64,000 bases of DNA from positions 62,001 to 126,000 of the forward strand of contig JBHGNT010000001.1 of the NCBI GenBank assembly GCA_043228905.1. The letters run 5' to 3'. A model generated the notes under the pieces. The model saw only the letters and a list, made by a program, of their open reading frames with translations, was not told the origin of the DNA and made no database searches. The DNA comes from Azolla caroliniana. Its lineage: Eukaryota; Plantae; Polypodiophyta. The translations under genes were made by a program, and so were the position numbers. Below, one piece after another: positions 1 through 11,315 of this stretch; the first letter of the stretch is position 1; the number at the start of each line of letters is the position of its first letter.

Positions 1-499
1 GCGATGAGCGACACCAAGAACCACGCCGGGACCAACAGCAACCACCGTGTACGTTCCGACAAACGAGGCCGGACTGTGAGGAGCAAGTCGCACCAGGAGA
101 TCGGCACACACCACCAGGAGCTGAGAAGGGCGAATCGAGCATCCATTGTTTTGTTTGTTAGCAACCCGGACATTATGCCCAGCTCGCAAGGGCAAGGGGC
201 CCGCCGTCAATATGATTACGGCGAAAGTGCAGCAAGTCACGACACACCAGCAAACAAAAACGGTTGATTGGGCCGCGAAAGATGAGATACGACGACAAGC
301 CCAGGCATGGGTTGAAAAAGCAAACGCGACAAATACAGAGCGCATGCGGAAGAAGTCCGTGAATACGATGGAGCGAGTGGAGGATGAAGGACCGGCCCCA
401 GACCCCATTTGGCAAGTGTTAGCGGGCTGCGAGATAACGTTAACCATGGAGAAGTTGCTGCTATTAGTCCCACGCTTCCGCCAGACCATGGAAGAACGG

Positions 500-1190
500 T
501 GTCGCGTTGTTAAGCGCGTGCGTGGAGAACGAGGCGAGACCACCGGGGTCTTGGATCGAGAAATAGCTGAGAAGGAGGAGAACGGAAAGGCAACGGACGC
601 ACTTGCACACGCACAGACACGGGAGCACACAGGAATCACAGTCCAACAACATAGCAAAACGAGACGACTAGAAGTCCGAGTATATGAACACGTATGTATA
701 AAAAAAATAAAATATCAAGACGGTTACAACTAACAGGTCGGCAAGGCGAACACCGACGCCTGTTCACTCACACACAGAAGAGCGAGATGGAGACTCTACT
801 GGAAGCACACGGGCGTTCCACGGAGCAGAGTCAACCTCCCGAAAACCTGCGCAAAATGGCTATGGAGAGTGGTAGAGGAGAAGGGCTCGGTCCCAATTCG
901 GCAACACTTCGTCCTCTCTCTAACGCGCTATCTCTTTTTCATTCCTCTCCCTCTCTTTTATAGCCCAAGGAGGGAGGCCGTTATCATCCGTTACATCACA
1001 TTAATTCTCTGTCCTTTCGGACAGAGATACACCTCGATTCTCTCCCTATTGAATGCGTGCTACCTAGGATTTCACCTCAGCCGACTTGTACCTACCTACT
1101 TACCATACAACGAAAAGTGTGCTCGCGTGTAAGGGCCGGTTTACACACGCTAAACTCGGTTTCCGCCTAGGGACGGTTTTCTTCACGACA
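500..1190 (-). repeat. 3' LTR of element 500-7379
   Basis: Direct repeat of 6693-7379 with roughly 25 substitutions by eye. Adjacent polypurine tract TAGGTGGGGGCGGA on the minus strand at 1191-1204. Confidence 0.95.
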
Positions 1191-1885
1191 TCCGCCCCCA
1201 CCTAACCGCGCATCCACCGGTATGCGCCAAAATTGGGCTCTTGCTGGAGAAAACCGGTCCATGCTTTACTCCTCGTCTTCCGGATCGTCATCCACCTCGA
1301 ACCGCCCGTCGTCGCCGTCCATGCTTTCCAGATCCGGCTCGCACTCGTGTCGTTTCTTAAATGCTTTGACCCTCTTCCCTGCTACCGATATTGCCATCCT
1401 CATATCGTCGAGCTCCGCAAGATGGTAGGTCCCGTTGTCGTTGGCGCCTGTCACCACGTAAGGCCCGAACCACCTCCTTGCAAACTTCTGCGTTGCCCTA
1501 TGTTGGTTGTCGAGGCTGTTGTCATACACTAGGACCCAGTCTCCTTCCTCGATTTTCTTCGGTCGCAGTCGGTGAGTCCAGTCAAACCGCCCTTTGTTCT
1601 TCAACCTTGCCAACTGAAGCTTCTCCACGGCTCATTCCACGTCCTTCGGCCTTCGCTCGAGTTGTCGAATCCGTGCTGCTAGCAACTCGTCCCAGCTCAT
1701 CTCATCTCATCTCTCCAGTCCACCGTGGCGCATGAGGAGATGGTTCACTCTGTTGGCATGATCAGCCTCTGTCCGTACATAAGCTCTGCCGGCATGAACT
1801 CGGTTACCGAACTGTGCGTAGTTCGGTCGGTCCACAAGGCATAAGGTAGCAGTCGCGGCCAGTTCCCGACTTGGCCTTCACACGC

Positions 1886-2948
1886 TGTCGTGAAGATCCG
1901 TCACTACGCGTGGATCGTGAGGCGGAACCGCCGGGGTTCTGGACCGGAAGGATTCAAAGTCGGTACAAGCTTTGGCGAGAAAGTACTTAAGATAGATTGG
2001 GAAAGAGAGAAGTTGAGATTAAACGATTGAGAGAGATTGATTGAACTTTTATCTTTGGATTTAAGAAATAATTTACACGATCAATTTGATAACGAATTTC
2101 TTCTTCTTAATTTCATAACAAAAAAAAACGCCTTTTTTCTCCTCCCCCTTCCTTCTTTTATAGATGCTCTCATGCATATGATGCATGTGAGGGTACAAGA
2201 CATGCATAAAATGCATGCTTGCCATTTGGTGCTTATGTATTACATGTGGTGCATGATAACCATGTCACTCATTTTAGCTCTCATGTATGAGAATTTACAC
2301 GTAAAAGTACAATGATAGAAATATAAATTCAACTAAATGGCATGGCTTAATGGTAAGCCAATTGACTCCTAACTCGGAGGTGCAAGGTTCGAATCCTTAC
2401 TTGCCCTCCTTGTATATGTATATATGTATATATTTATTTATCTAGTCACCGGACGCCGGTTCGTCGGATGCCGTCGGTTACCAGGGCCAGATGCCGCCGC
2501 CTCGCCGTCGGTTACCGATGCCTCGCCGGATGCCGTCGTCTCATCGGCTCCATCGCCGGTCCGGTTTTGGTTGGCCAAAACCCTTTACGAGTAGCTAGCC
2601 CACCTCCACTCTTAGTTCAAGTTACCTTTAAATCTCTATGCTCCACACATAGACACAAAGATAATATCTTTTGCTCTACCTTATATATGATGAGAGCCGT
2701 ATTTGTCGTGCCTATGTGGGATATCTCACAATTTTCTCTTTTCCTTTCACAAACTTTATACCCTCATATCTTGACATTTAGTTGTCCGTTTCTTGTGTAA
2801 TAAAGTGCATTCGAAACCTCCATCATTTTGTACTTAGATATTAAATTTATTTAAAATGTTATCTTCACAATTATTGTATTATGTGATTCATACTCGATTT
2901 TGTACGTTTTATTGGATTTTCACACTATTGCCGAAAATCTTCACGACA
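1886..2948 (-). mobile_element. Solo LTR related to the Trp-PBS group, inserted in the integrase of 500-7379; TSD ACGC
   Basis: TGTCGTGAAGAT...ATCTTCACGACA ends, ACGC at 1882-1885 and 2949-2952. Left end resembles the U5 end of LTR 500-1190, with CTATAAAAG on the minus strand near 2160. Confidence 0.88.
2336..2406 (+). promoter_or_regulatory. tRNA-like Pol III type-2 promoter module (A box + B box) in LTR U3
   Basis: A box TGGCTTAATGG 2343-2353 and B box GGTTCGAATCC 2386-2396. D-like hairpin GGCTT/AAGCC and T-like AAGG/CCTT are present, but the anticodon stem does not pair. Confidence 0.75.
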
Positions 2949-4550
2949 ACGCCCATACTAGCGCTTTGACGATCGGCCTGTGTCCGCGCTCCACCTTCTT
3001 GTTAGCCTTCGGATTGTACGCTGTGGTGAGCGAGAGTTTGACCCCTAGTCGGTCAAACTGCTCTTCAGCCTCTTGCGCGTCCAACTCTCCGCGGTCAGCC
3101 ATGATCTTTCCTACGCTCCCGTACCGACATATCACGTCCTCGATCAGAAACCGGCACACAACCGCGGTCATTTTGTTTTGCAGTGCTCAGCCTTCAACCT
3201 GGTTCGTCAGATCCTCCCGAGCCAGCACCAGATACCGCATCTATCCTACCCCCATCGACATCGTCACCAAATCCACCATCCATTTGAAGTGGACGGTCGG
3301 AGGGTAGGTCGGGTGATGCTCGTCCCGGTGTCGGACTATGGAGTGCATCTGACAGCTTTTGCAAGTCGTCACGAACTGATGCACGTCCCGATACAGTCCC
3401 GGCCACCAGTACTTCCCCTTTAGCTTCTCGAACGTGGCCCATGTTCTGCGGTGTCCGGCCCAAGGACTCTCGTGGTAGGCCCCCAACAACTCCTCTTGTT
3501 CCTCCTTCTTCGCCACCACTCAGAGCGGGATGCCGTCCCTCTTCCTCGGGTGCTTCCATATGTACCCGTCGCGAAGGAAGAATCGGTACGCCTTCTTCCG
3601 GATCCGGTTGGCCTCTTCCTTTGTCCACGCCGCGTCCGATGTCATTGTTTTCAAGAGCCTGCCGATCTGGAGCCACTCCCCATTATACTTGCTCTCGTCA
3701 AATTCGTTAAGCGCCGAAGTGCTCCCCTTTCTAGTTGTCACGTATGCCGCCTCGAAGAAATCTACGCCAACTTCCTCGTCCTCCGGATGCCCATCTCCAC
3801 CTTTTGCTTCAGAAGCTCCATCTAACTTCGAGATGTGAGCTCTCGGCACCGGAATCGGTTTGAGATTCCACGGTACATGCGGTACCGTGAAGATCACCAT
3901 CGGTTCGACGATCGTCGGGTCCACGCACCTGATCTCCCCCGGCGAGAACGCGAAGGCTTTCCCATGCCTTCCGAGCATTCTCCGAAACTTGTTCTCCTCC
4001 GCCGACAGTAGAAAGCCACCCCCACCGACCTTGAGCTCCCATAGCGTTATGTCGGTGAACCGGTGCCCTATGCCAGCCGGATTCTGTAAACTTGGGTCCC
4101 ACGTGACCCCTTTTATCCGCTCCTCGTTGCCCTCCGGCAAGGGTGCCGCGACCGGCCTCACCTTCCGGTCCACAGTCTTGTACTTTGTATCCACGCGGGC
4201 CGTCCGATCCGACTCGATCCTTTCCCCGAAGTCCGCGATGGATTTGTACAATCCCATTGAACTAACCGGAACGGTCCGGTCTTCTCTAAGGTCTTCACCG
4301 ATCACCTTTCGCAGTTCGCCCAAGGTGTCGTGAAAAGAGACCGCCTCCCCGGCGCCGCTGATGTCTTCATCGGGGAAGAGGACTCCGCATCCCCTGAGCC
4401 GCTCCTTCGCTCGCTTCCTCTCCCGGCCGCTGACGGCAGTTATAGTACAACCTCCGTTTTCGGAGAACCAAAACTTCCTACCTACTGTACATGTGTGGGG
4501 TTCTTCCAGTACGTCCGGACTACCGCGGCCCCATGCCTTGATAGCCCTCT

Positions 4551-4560
4551 CTAAAAATCC
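4551..4560 (-). promoter_or_regulatory. Putative -1 frameshift site G GAT TTT TAG between Gag-PR and Pol
   Basis: The Gag-PR frame stops at 4551. The -1 frame is open from this site into ORF 3520-4323. Confidence 0.7.
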
Positions 4561-6670
4561 CCTCGGCTGCCATCGCCGAGGGTCTCACGATTCCTCTCGT
4601 GGTTTGGTCGTACGGTCATGAATTGGACGGAATGCCGACCGTCCTGGCTCTTGATGTGCGCGTACGCCGAACCGTTGTCCAACACTTTCCTCTCCATGCG
4701 AGCTGCCGTAATGTATGGTTCGCCGAGAATCACCGGGTGCGAGGATGTTTCCTGCACGAAGAAATGTTGATCTATCTCGACATCACCGACCTTTACGCGT
4801 ATATTTGGGCACGCCCCATGCAACTCCTCCGTAGCACGCGTCGCCGCGCGTATCTTCTACCCGTGCTTGGTGTTGATCGGCCATTTACCCCTCTTGTAGA
4901 AATCCATGGACATCAGGTTGATTTCGGATCCATGGTCTACCAAGGCCACCACCGGTTCCGGAACGTCGCCGATCCGCACAGGGGTTTCCGTAGTTGCCCT
5001 GGCCCAATGCGGCTTCGCGTAGTGGCTTTCCGCCAACTCGTCTTCTAGCGCCATGTCCTCTATGTGCGTCGTTCGCACTTCCACCGGCTTCTCCGGCTTT
5101 GGCTTTGTTGACAACCTCTTCCTCTTCACCAAGTCTACGATGGAGTCGTGGAACTCCTTCTTGGCGATCTCGAGCACTTCCCTCAGTGACAACTCCACTT
5201 TGCTGTCGAGGATACGTTCCTCCAAGACCTTTCGTAGGTCCGTGGTCCTTTTGATTTACGTGCTCAACCGGTACCCGGCCTTCTTGGCTTTATCCGGTGC
5301 GCTGGTCGCACCGGCCTCATTCTGCCTTTGACCGAATCGGGTCTCGTACCATTGCGAGGGCCCAGCCCCTCCGGTTTTACCTACTCGCTTGTCTTCCACC
5401 AGAGCCTCGTAGTTCTGGCATGTGGCTTCAACGAAGCCCGTCTTCTCTTCGACCGGGTCACTCCACCCGGTTACCTCCCGGACCCGTTTTTCCGCGCGGT
5501 CCGCTTCTTCTTTCCTTAGCTGTGCGCCGGCGAGGCCTTCCAGCATCAACGGCCAGAACCTGGCTTCGTTCGTCTTCCGGGCCTCACCACCTCCGACCCG
5601 GATCCCAACCGATGCCGAGTAGTGGACGGTCTTCGCGTGGAGAGCCGCCGCTTCTTCCATCAGCTGTTTCATACCCCCTCGTCCGACATTCAGGTCTAGG
5701 GCCCTTCGGGTCTCGCTAGCGTGCACTCGACCGTTCCATAGGTACACCACGTTGGCTCTCATCGCCTTGGTGAAGTCCCCGCAGTCCTTCCGGACGTGGC
5801 CAACCGCGTCGCACCACAAACATCGGTTTCCAGCTAGAGGCCTTCGGTCACGGGCCTGTTCGTCACCATCCCTCCGTGCCTGTGCAATCTGGAGGTCCTT
5901 TACCATCCTAGTCAGCTCCTCCGGACGAGCCTTTGACCATGCCGGTCGAAGTCGATCCGGTCTCGAGCTAGTCTTGAGTCTCTTCCCTTCGCGCTGGCGG
6001 GGTTGGCTCGAGCTTCCTCGCTGCTACAGAGCCCACCCATGTTGATCCTTTATCGACCCACTCTCGCCGTTTGTCGAAACGGCCACAGACTCTCTTCACC
6101 ACGGCCCAGTCGGCCGTCAGCTCGTCATAAGTCTCCAGCAAGAGACCCACTTGCTCCCGGTCCCTCGCATCCACCGACTTAACGAACAACAGGACACGAC
6201 TTGTGTCTAGTACGGTCCGGTCGAACGCTGAAAGACGCGCGAAGCATTCTTCAAACTCCCGGAGGAGCATCGACGCGTTTCTCCCCTTTTCGGGGGTCTC
6301 TACCCATTCCATGGAGTCCCGTTTCGAGAGCCGAAGCGCGTCATCAAGCCCATATTTTTGGAGGAGCCGACCTTCAAACTCTTCCCAAGTCCGGCTCTCA
6401 GCCCGTACCTCAAGCACCTCATCGCCACCCGAGGGAATCCGGTCAGTCGCCTTTCATCCAGAATGTCTCTCATTACCATCTCGGGCTGGTAGGCCTCCAA
6501 ATAGCTCATGGCGTCCTTCCCACCGAACTGGCCTATCGTGCCGACGACCGCTTCAATAGCCCTATCGAGGGTGCCTGCGCCTTCGCGCGCACTCACTATC
6601 CGATCCACGGCCGAAGCCATGGCTTCCGCGAGATCCGACCCCCTCATCTTTCTATTCCTCTGCCGCCCGT

Positions 6671-6688
6671 TTCACGTCGGGTTCACCA
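6671..6688 (-). promoter_or_regulatory. Primer binding site complementary to tRNA-Trp
   Basis: TGGTGAACCCGACGTGAA is complementary to the 3' end of plant cytosolic tRNA-Trp(CCA), ...TTCACGTCGGGTTCACCA (tRNA sequence recalled, not searched). Confidence 0.85.
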
Positions 6689-6692
6689 AATA

Positions 6693-7379
6693 TGTCGCGT
6701 TGTTACGCGCGTGCGTGGAGAACGACGCGGGACCACCGGGGTCTTGGACCGAGAAATAGTTGAGAAGGAGGAGAACGGAAAGGCAACGGACACACTTGCA
6801 CACGCACGGGAGCACACAGGAATCACAGTCCAACAACACAACAAAAAGAGATGACTAGAAGTCCGAGTATATGAACATGTATGTATAAAAAAAAATATAT
6901 ATATCAAGACGGTTACAACTAATAGGCCTGCAAGGCGAACACCGACGCCTGTTCACTCACACACAGAAGAGCGAGATGGAGACTCTACAGGAAGCACACG
7001 GGCGTTCCACGGAGCAGAGTCAGCCTCCCGAAAACCTACGCAAAATGGCTATGGAGAGTGGCAGAGGAGAAGGGCTCGGTCCCAGTTCGACAGCACTTCG
7101 TCCTCTCTCTAACGCGCTATCTCTTTTTCATTCCTCTCCCTCTCTTTTATAGCCCAAGGAGGGAGGCCGTTATCATCCGTTACATCACATTAATTCTCTG
7201 TCCTTTCGGACAGAGATATACCTCGATTCTCTCCCTATTGAATGCGTGCTACCTAGGATTTCACCTCAGCCGACTTGTACCTACCTACTTACCATACAAT
7301 GAAAAGTGTGCTCGCGTGTAAGGGCCGGTTTACACACGTTAAACTCGGTTTCCGCCTAGGGACGGTTTTCTTCACGACA
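6693..7379 (-). repeat. 5' LTR of element 500-7379
   Basis: TG..CA ends, followed on the minus strand by a PBS. TATA-like CTATAAAA inside. Confidence 0.95.
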
Positions 7380-10300
7380 ACGGGTGACAGGCATACCCGG
7401 GGTGAGCGTTGCTACGAACCTTACGGACGTTAGCGACGGACCGCTTGTAGTGGATCACCACAACCCGGTTATTACATTGATATTACACGGACAAGAAATC
7501 CCAGGATGCGTAATTGATGGCGGCTCAGGCGTTAATGTGATTAGTGCGAAAACATGCGAGCAGTTAGACATTTCAGAATGGGGGGCTTGCCCATCCTGGC
7601 TTCGTATGGCAGATACCGGCTCAGTACGACCATTGGGGTTGATACACAAGATAGGCATTATTGTGGGCGGACATCGCTTCGACATCTCGGCGGTAGTCCT
7701 CGCCGTGGACGTCCCAGGGGCATACCCTGTGTTGCTGGGCAAACCGTGGCTTCGGGCAGGAAACATCAAGCAGAGCTGGCAACACAAGTGTATCAGTTCC
7801 CAACACAGACACACTAAGGTTCGCGTACCTACAGAGGCAAGCGCGATACAATCCAAGGGTATAACACCATTATACGCAGAAGATATAAATATGCTGGTTG
7901 GGGTGAAGGATGCAGAATTAGAGGCATACCTAGACAAGCACCCTCGGATCATTCCGTTGTTCGAAATGGATGTCATCGCAACCGCGACAGAATATGCCAC
8001 GACCACTATCCTCCACGACGAGTCTTACGAACCAAACCCGGAGTTCATATTGGAACTAAGTAGAGCACGGGCAACATTCGAGAGGGAAATGGAAATTTCA
8101 GTGCGAGTCACCGCCTCCACCCTGGAAGAAGTAAACGCGTGTACGGAGTCAGAACCCCGTTTTCTCTCCATCACAAAGGATTTAAGGTTGGACCAGAGAG
8201 ACACGATGATCGAACTACTCAAGAAATATAAAGATGTGTTCGCCTGGGCTCACGAGGACATGAAGGGGTTAGATCCGAAGTTCTATCAACATAAGATCAA
8301 TTTAACAACTGACGCAAAACCCGTCCAGCAGCGCCGCTACCGCATGAACCCGAACTACGCGACCTGCGTAAAAGAAGAAGTTGACAAACTCCTAAAAGCG
8401 AGATTCATACGGCTAGTTAAACAAGCCACATGGTTAAGTTCGATAGTAGTTGTTCCAAAGAAAAATGGCAAAATACGTGTATGCGTGGATTACCGAAAAT
8501 TAAACGCCGTAACCATTACGGACGCATTCTCGTTACCATTCACCGATAGCGTACTAGATGCCATCGTAGGACATGAGATGTACAGTTTTTTAGATGGCTT
8601 CAGTGGGTATAACTAGGTACGCATGCATCCCGATGACCAAGAGAAGACGACATTTGTCACGGACTGGGGAGTCTATGTGGCAGTCGTCATGATGTTCGGG
8701 CTAAAGACGACGCCATCAACATTTCGACGGACAATTACGAAGATCTTTAGGGAATATATTCCGGCATTCATGCAAGTTTTTTTAGATGACTTTGCGGTAT
8801 ATGGGAAAACAATCGACCATTTTACGCATCTGCAACTGTGCCTGGAACGTTGCTACATCGCACGCTTAAGCCTGAATCCCGCGAAATGTGCCTTCGGAGT
8901 GACCAACGGGACCCTCCTAGGTCATATAGTCAGCAAGGATGGAATAGCGGTCGATCCGAACAAGATCTCTACGATTACGCAAGCCAAAACTTTGACAAAT
9001 GCGAAATCACTTAGTCGGTTTTTAGGACAAATACGATGGCATAGTCGGATGATACGATACTTGGCGGACTTCGCCACGCCGTTACATGCTGCCGTGCACC
9101 GGACTCCCTTCCAATGGACCGCAATGGAGGACAAGGCCTATGAGGCGCTTAAGATAATGCTCACACATGCCCTCGTCGTACAACCACCAGTTTGGGCGAA
9201 GCCATTCCATGTGTTCGTAGACGCCTTAGACATAGCAATAGGGAGTGCGTTAATGCAGCTCACTGAACCAAATTGGTACCGGCCAGTGTACTACACTAGC
9301 CGCAAATTATCAACAACAGAGCGTAACTATTCCACAACGGAGCGAGAGGCACTAGGGATGATCTATAACATCAATAAATTCCGGCATTATTTACTAGGGA
9401 GGAAATTCACGTTCCACGTGGATCATTCGGCGCTGCTATATTTGGTGGAGAAACAAGCCCTGACGGGGAAATTGGCGCGATGAATGTTGTTGCTTCAAGA
9501 ATTCGATTTTGTAATTCAGCACCGCCCGAGGACGCAACACACAGTGGTAGAGTTTTTGAGCAGACTCGATAATGGAGAAACAGTACAGAAGGACAACGAT
9601 GACTTTCCGGACGCCTAGCAGCACTAGCAAAAAGAACGGAATCGACCTTTCTGGACCGGTGGCTTATGGAAATGACATACTTTTTTACTACGGGACTGCC
9701 AATACCACAATTACGCACGGACGAGAAGAAACGATTAGCCGTTCGAAGCCGTAACTTCTGCCTGGTAGAAGGAATTTTATATCACAAAAGAAGTAATGGC
9801 ATTTGGCAACGCAGGGTACTTCAGGACGAGAAAGAAGCAGTCTTACAGGAGGCTCACTGCGGTACGACAAGCGGCCATTACATGGGCAATGTTACGGCCC
9901 GAAAAATATGACAAGCAGGCCTATGGTGGCCAACTACACAGAAGGATGCATACGAGTATTGCAGGAAGTGAGATTTGTGTCAATGGATGGGCCAGCCCAC
10001 GGAGTGCGCAAGGATGCCTCACTAGCCCGTATTACTGTTAGATCCCTTCCAAAAGTGGGGATTAGATTTTGTGGGCCCCTTCACACTGGCGGCGGCCCGT
10101 ATGGGCAATAAATACATATTGGTAGCCACAGATTATTGCACCAAGTGGGTAGAAGCAAAGGCACTATGGGAGAATAAGGCGGCCGTCACAACGAGATTCC
10201 TTTATGAACACATGGTGTCGGTTCGCTTGTCCGATTGAGCTTATCAGTGACCAGGGGAGCCACTTTCTCAATACGGTCGTTCGAGAACTAATGCATCATT

Positions 10301-11315
10301 ACGCCGTAGTCCACAAGAAAAGTACGCCATATTACCCACACGCGAATGGGTTAGCGGAATCCACCAACAAGACGTTACAAACCATCCTAAAGAAAATCGT
10401 CAACGAAAATAGAACGGATTGGGATACCAAATTACAGAGTGCGTTATGGGCGTACAGAACCAACTACAAAACAAGCATACAGTCAACACTATTTCGACTA
10501 GCGTTTGGGCTGGAGGCCGTGATGCCGATAGAGTTTCAGATATCCAGTTTACGGATTCAGGTATGGGACCGACTATCGGAAGCCAAGTCGGAGGAGGTAC
10601 GGCTCCACCAGCTACTCGAACTTGGCGAAAAACGTGTACACAGCATGGCTGTGTTGGAGTAGGAACAACGACGGCGTAAAGCGTTTGTGGATCAACATTG
10701 GAACGCACGGGAAAAGGATTTCGTGGTTGGTCGAGTGGTACTGGTTTTCCAAATCCGAATGGGCCATATGCCAAGGAAGTTATGATTCCGCTGGACAGGC
10801 CTGTACTGGATAATAGGAGCGGAACAAGGCACGTTCCAACTAGGCACGCTGGCCAGGGAAGTCTTATGACAAAAAGTGAATGGGTTCCGCCTTAAACCTT
10901 ACCTGGGCCCTACGCCACCTAACCCATTCACCGCCGGACAGGACAAAGCCGGAGAACCCGCGGCGTAAGTGGACAGCCCCAGTTGTATCATAATGTACAA
11001 ATAGGCTGTATGTAACCGTTACGGAAAAAAAAAGAAAAAAGAAAGAAAAGAAAGAGAAGATAACAACACTATTAAAAGGACTGAATGCATGCACAGACTC
11101 CTAGATCAAGAACACGCAACACCACGATGGCTCACCGCCCAATGAACCCTACGCCACAAAAAGCTGAAAATAGAAGATCTTCTGCACAGAACAAAAACCG
11201 ACCTTCTAACTCTCAGAGCTCTCATTGCACCCCTCCCTCACCTTCTCCTCCATCCTCTCACAGAGCTCCAGCCCACCGCAACCACCAGTCTCCTCCCCAC
11301 GAGCCTACTCTGGCA

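Larger units (their letters stand above)
500..7379 (-). mobile_element. Ty3/gypsy element with Trp PBS, RT/RNase H internally deleted, TSD ACGG
   Basis: TG..CA LTRs 500-1190 and 6693-7379, TSD ACGG at 496-499 and 7380-7383. Gag knuckle CLWCDAVGHVRKDC, protease ALVDHGSEIN, integrase HHCC and GPY motifs, no chromodomain. Confidence 0.95.
146..10968 (+). pseudogene. gag-pol of host Ty3/gypsy element (PR-RT-RH-IN), many point stops
   Basis: Removing 500-7383 rejoins ...TMEER|VTGIPGV in frame. ORFs 7384-8616 and 8623-9483 share that frame, and integrase fragments follow at 9666-10968. Confidence 0.88.

Noticed and set aside
495-499. 5-bp TSD AACGG for element 500-7379
   Set aside because: It would require the right LTR to lose its terminal A. 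The left LTR ends CACGACA, so the TSD is 4 bp.
2336-2406. Functional tRNA-Arg(CCT) gene (loop CTCCTAA)
   Set aside because: The anticodon and acceptor stems do not pair properly and it lies within an LTR. Kept only as a tRNA-like module.
4326-4338. TGTCGTGAAAAGA resembling an LTR terminus
   Set aside because: It lies in conserved coding sequence (SFHDT) with no partner end or TSD, and is not kept in the second copy.
3073-6854. Numerous antisense ORFs over TE coding regions
   Set aside because: Shadow frames of GC-rich gag/pol sequence with no independent support.
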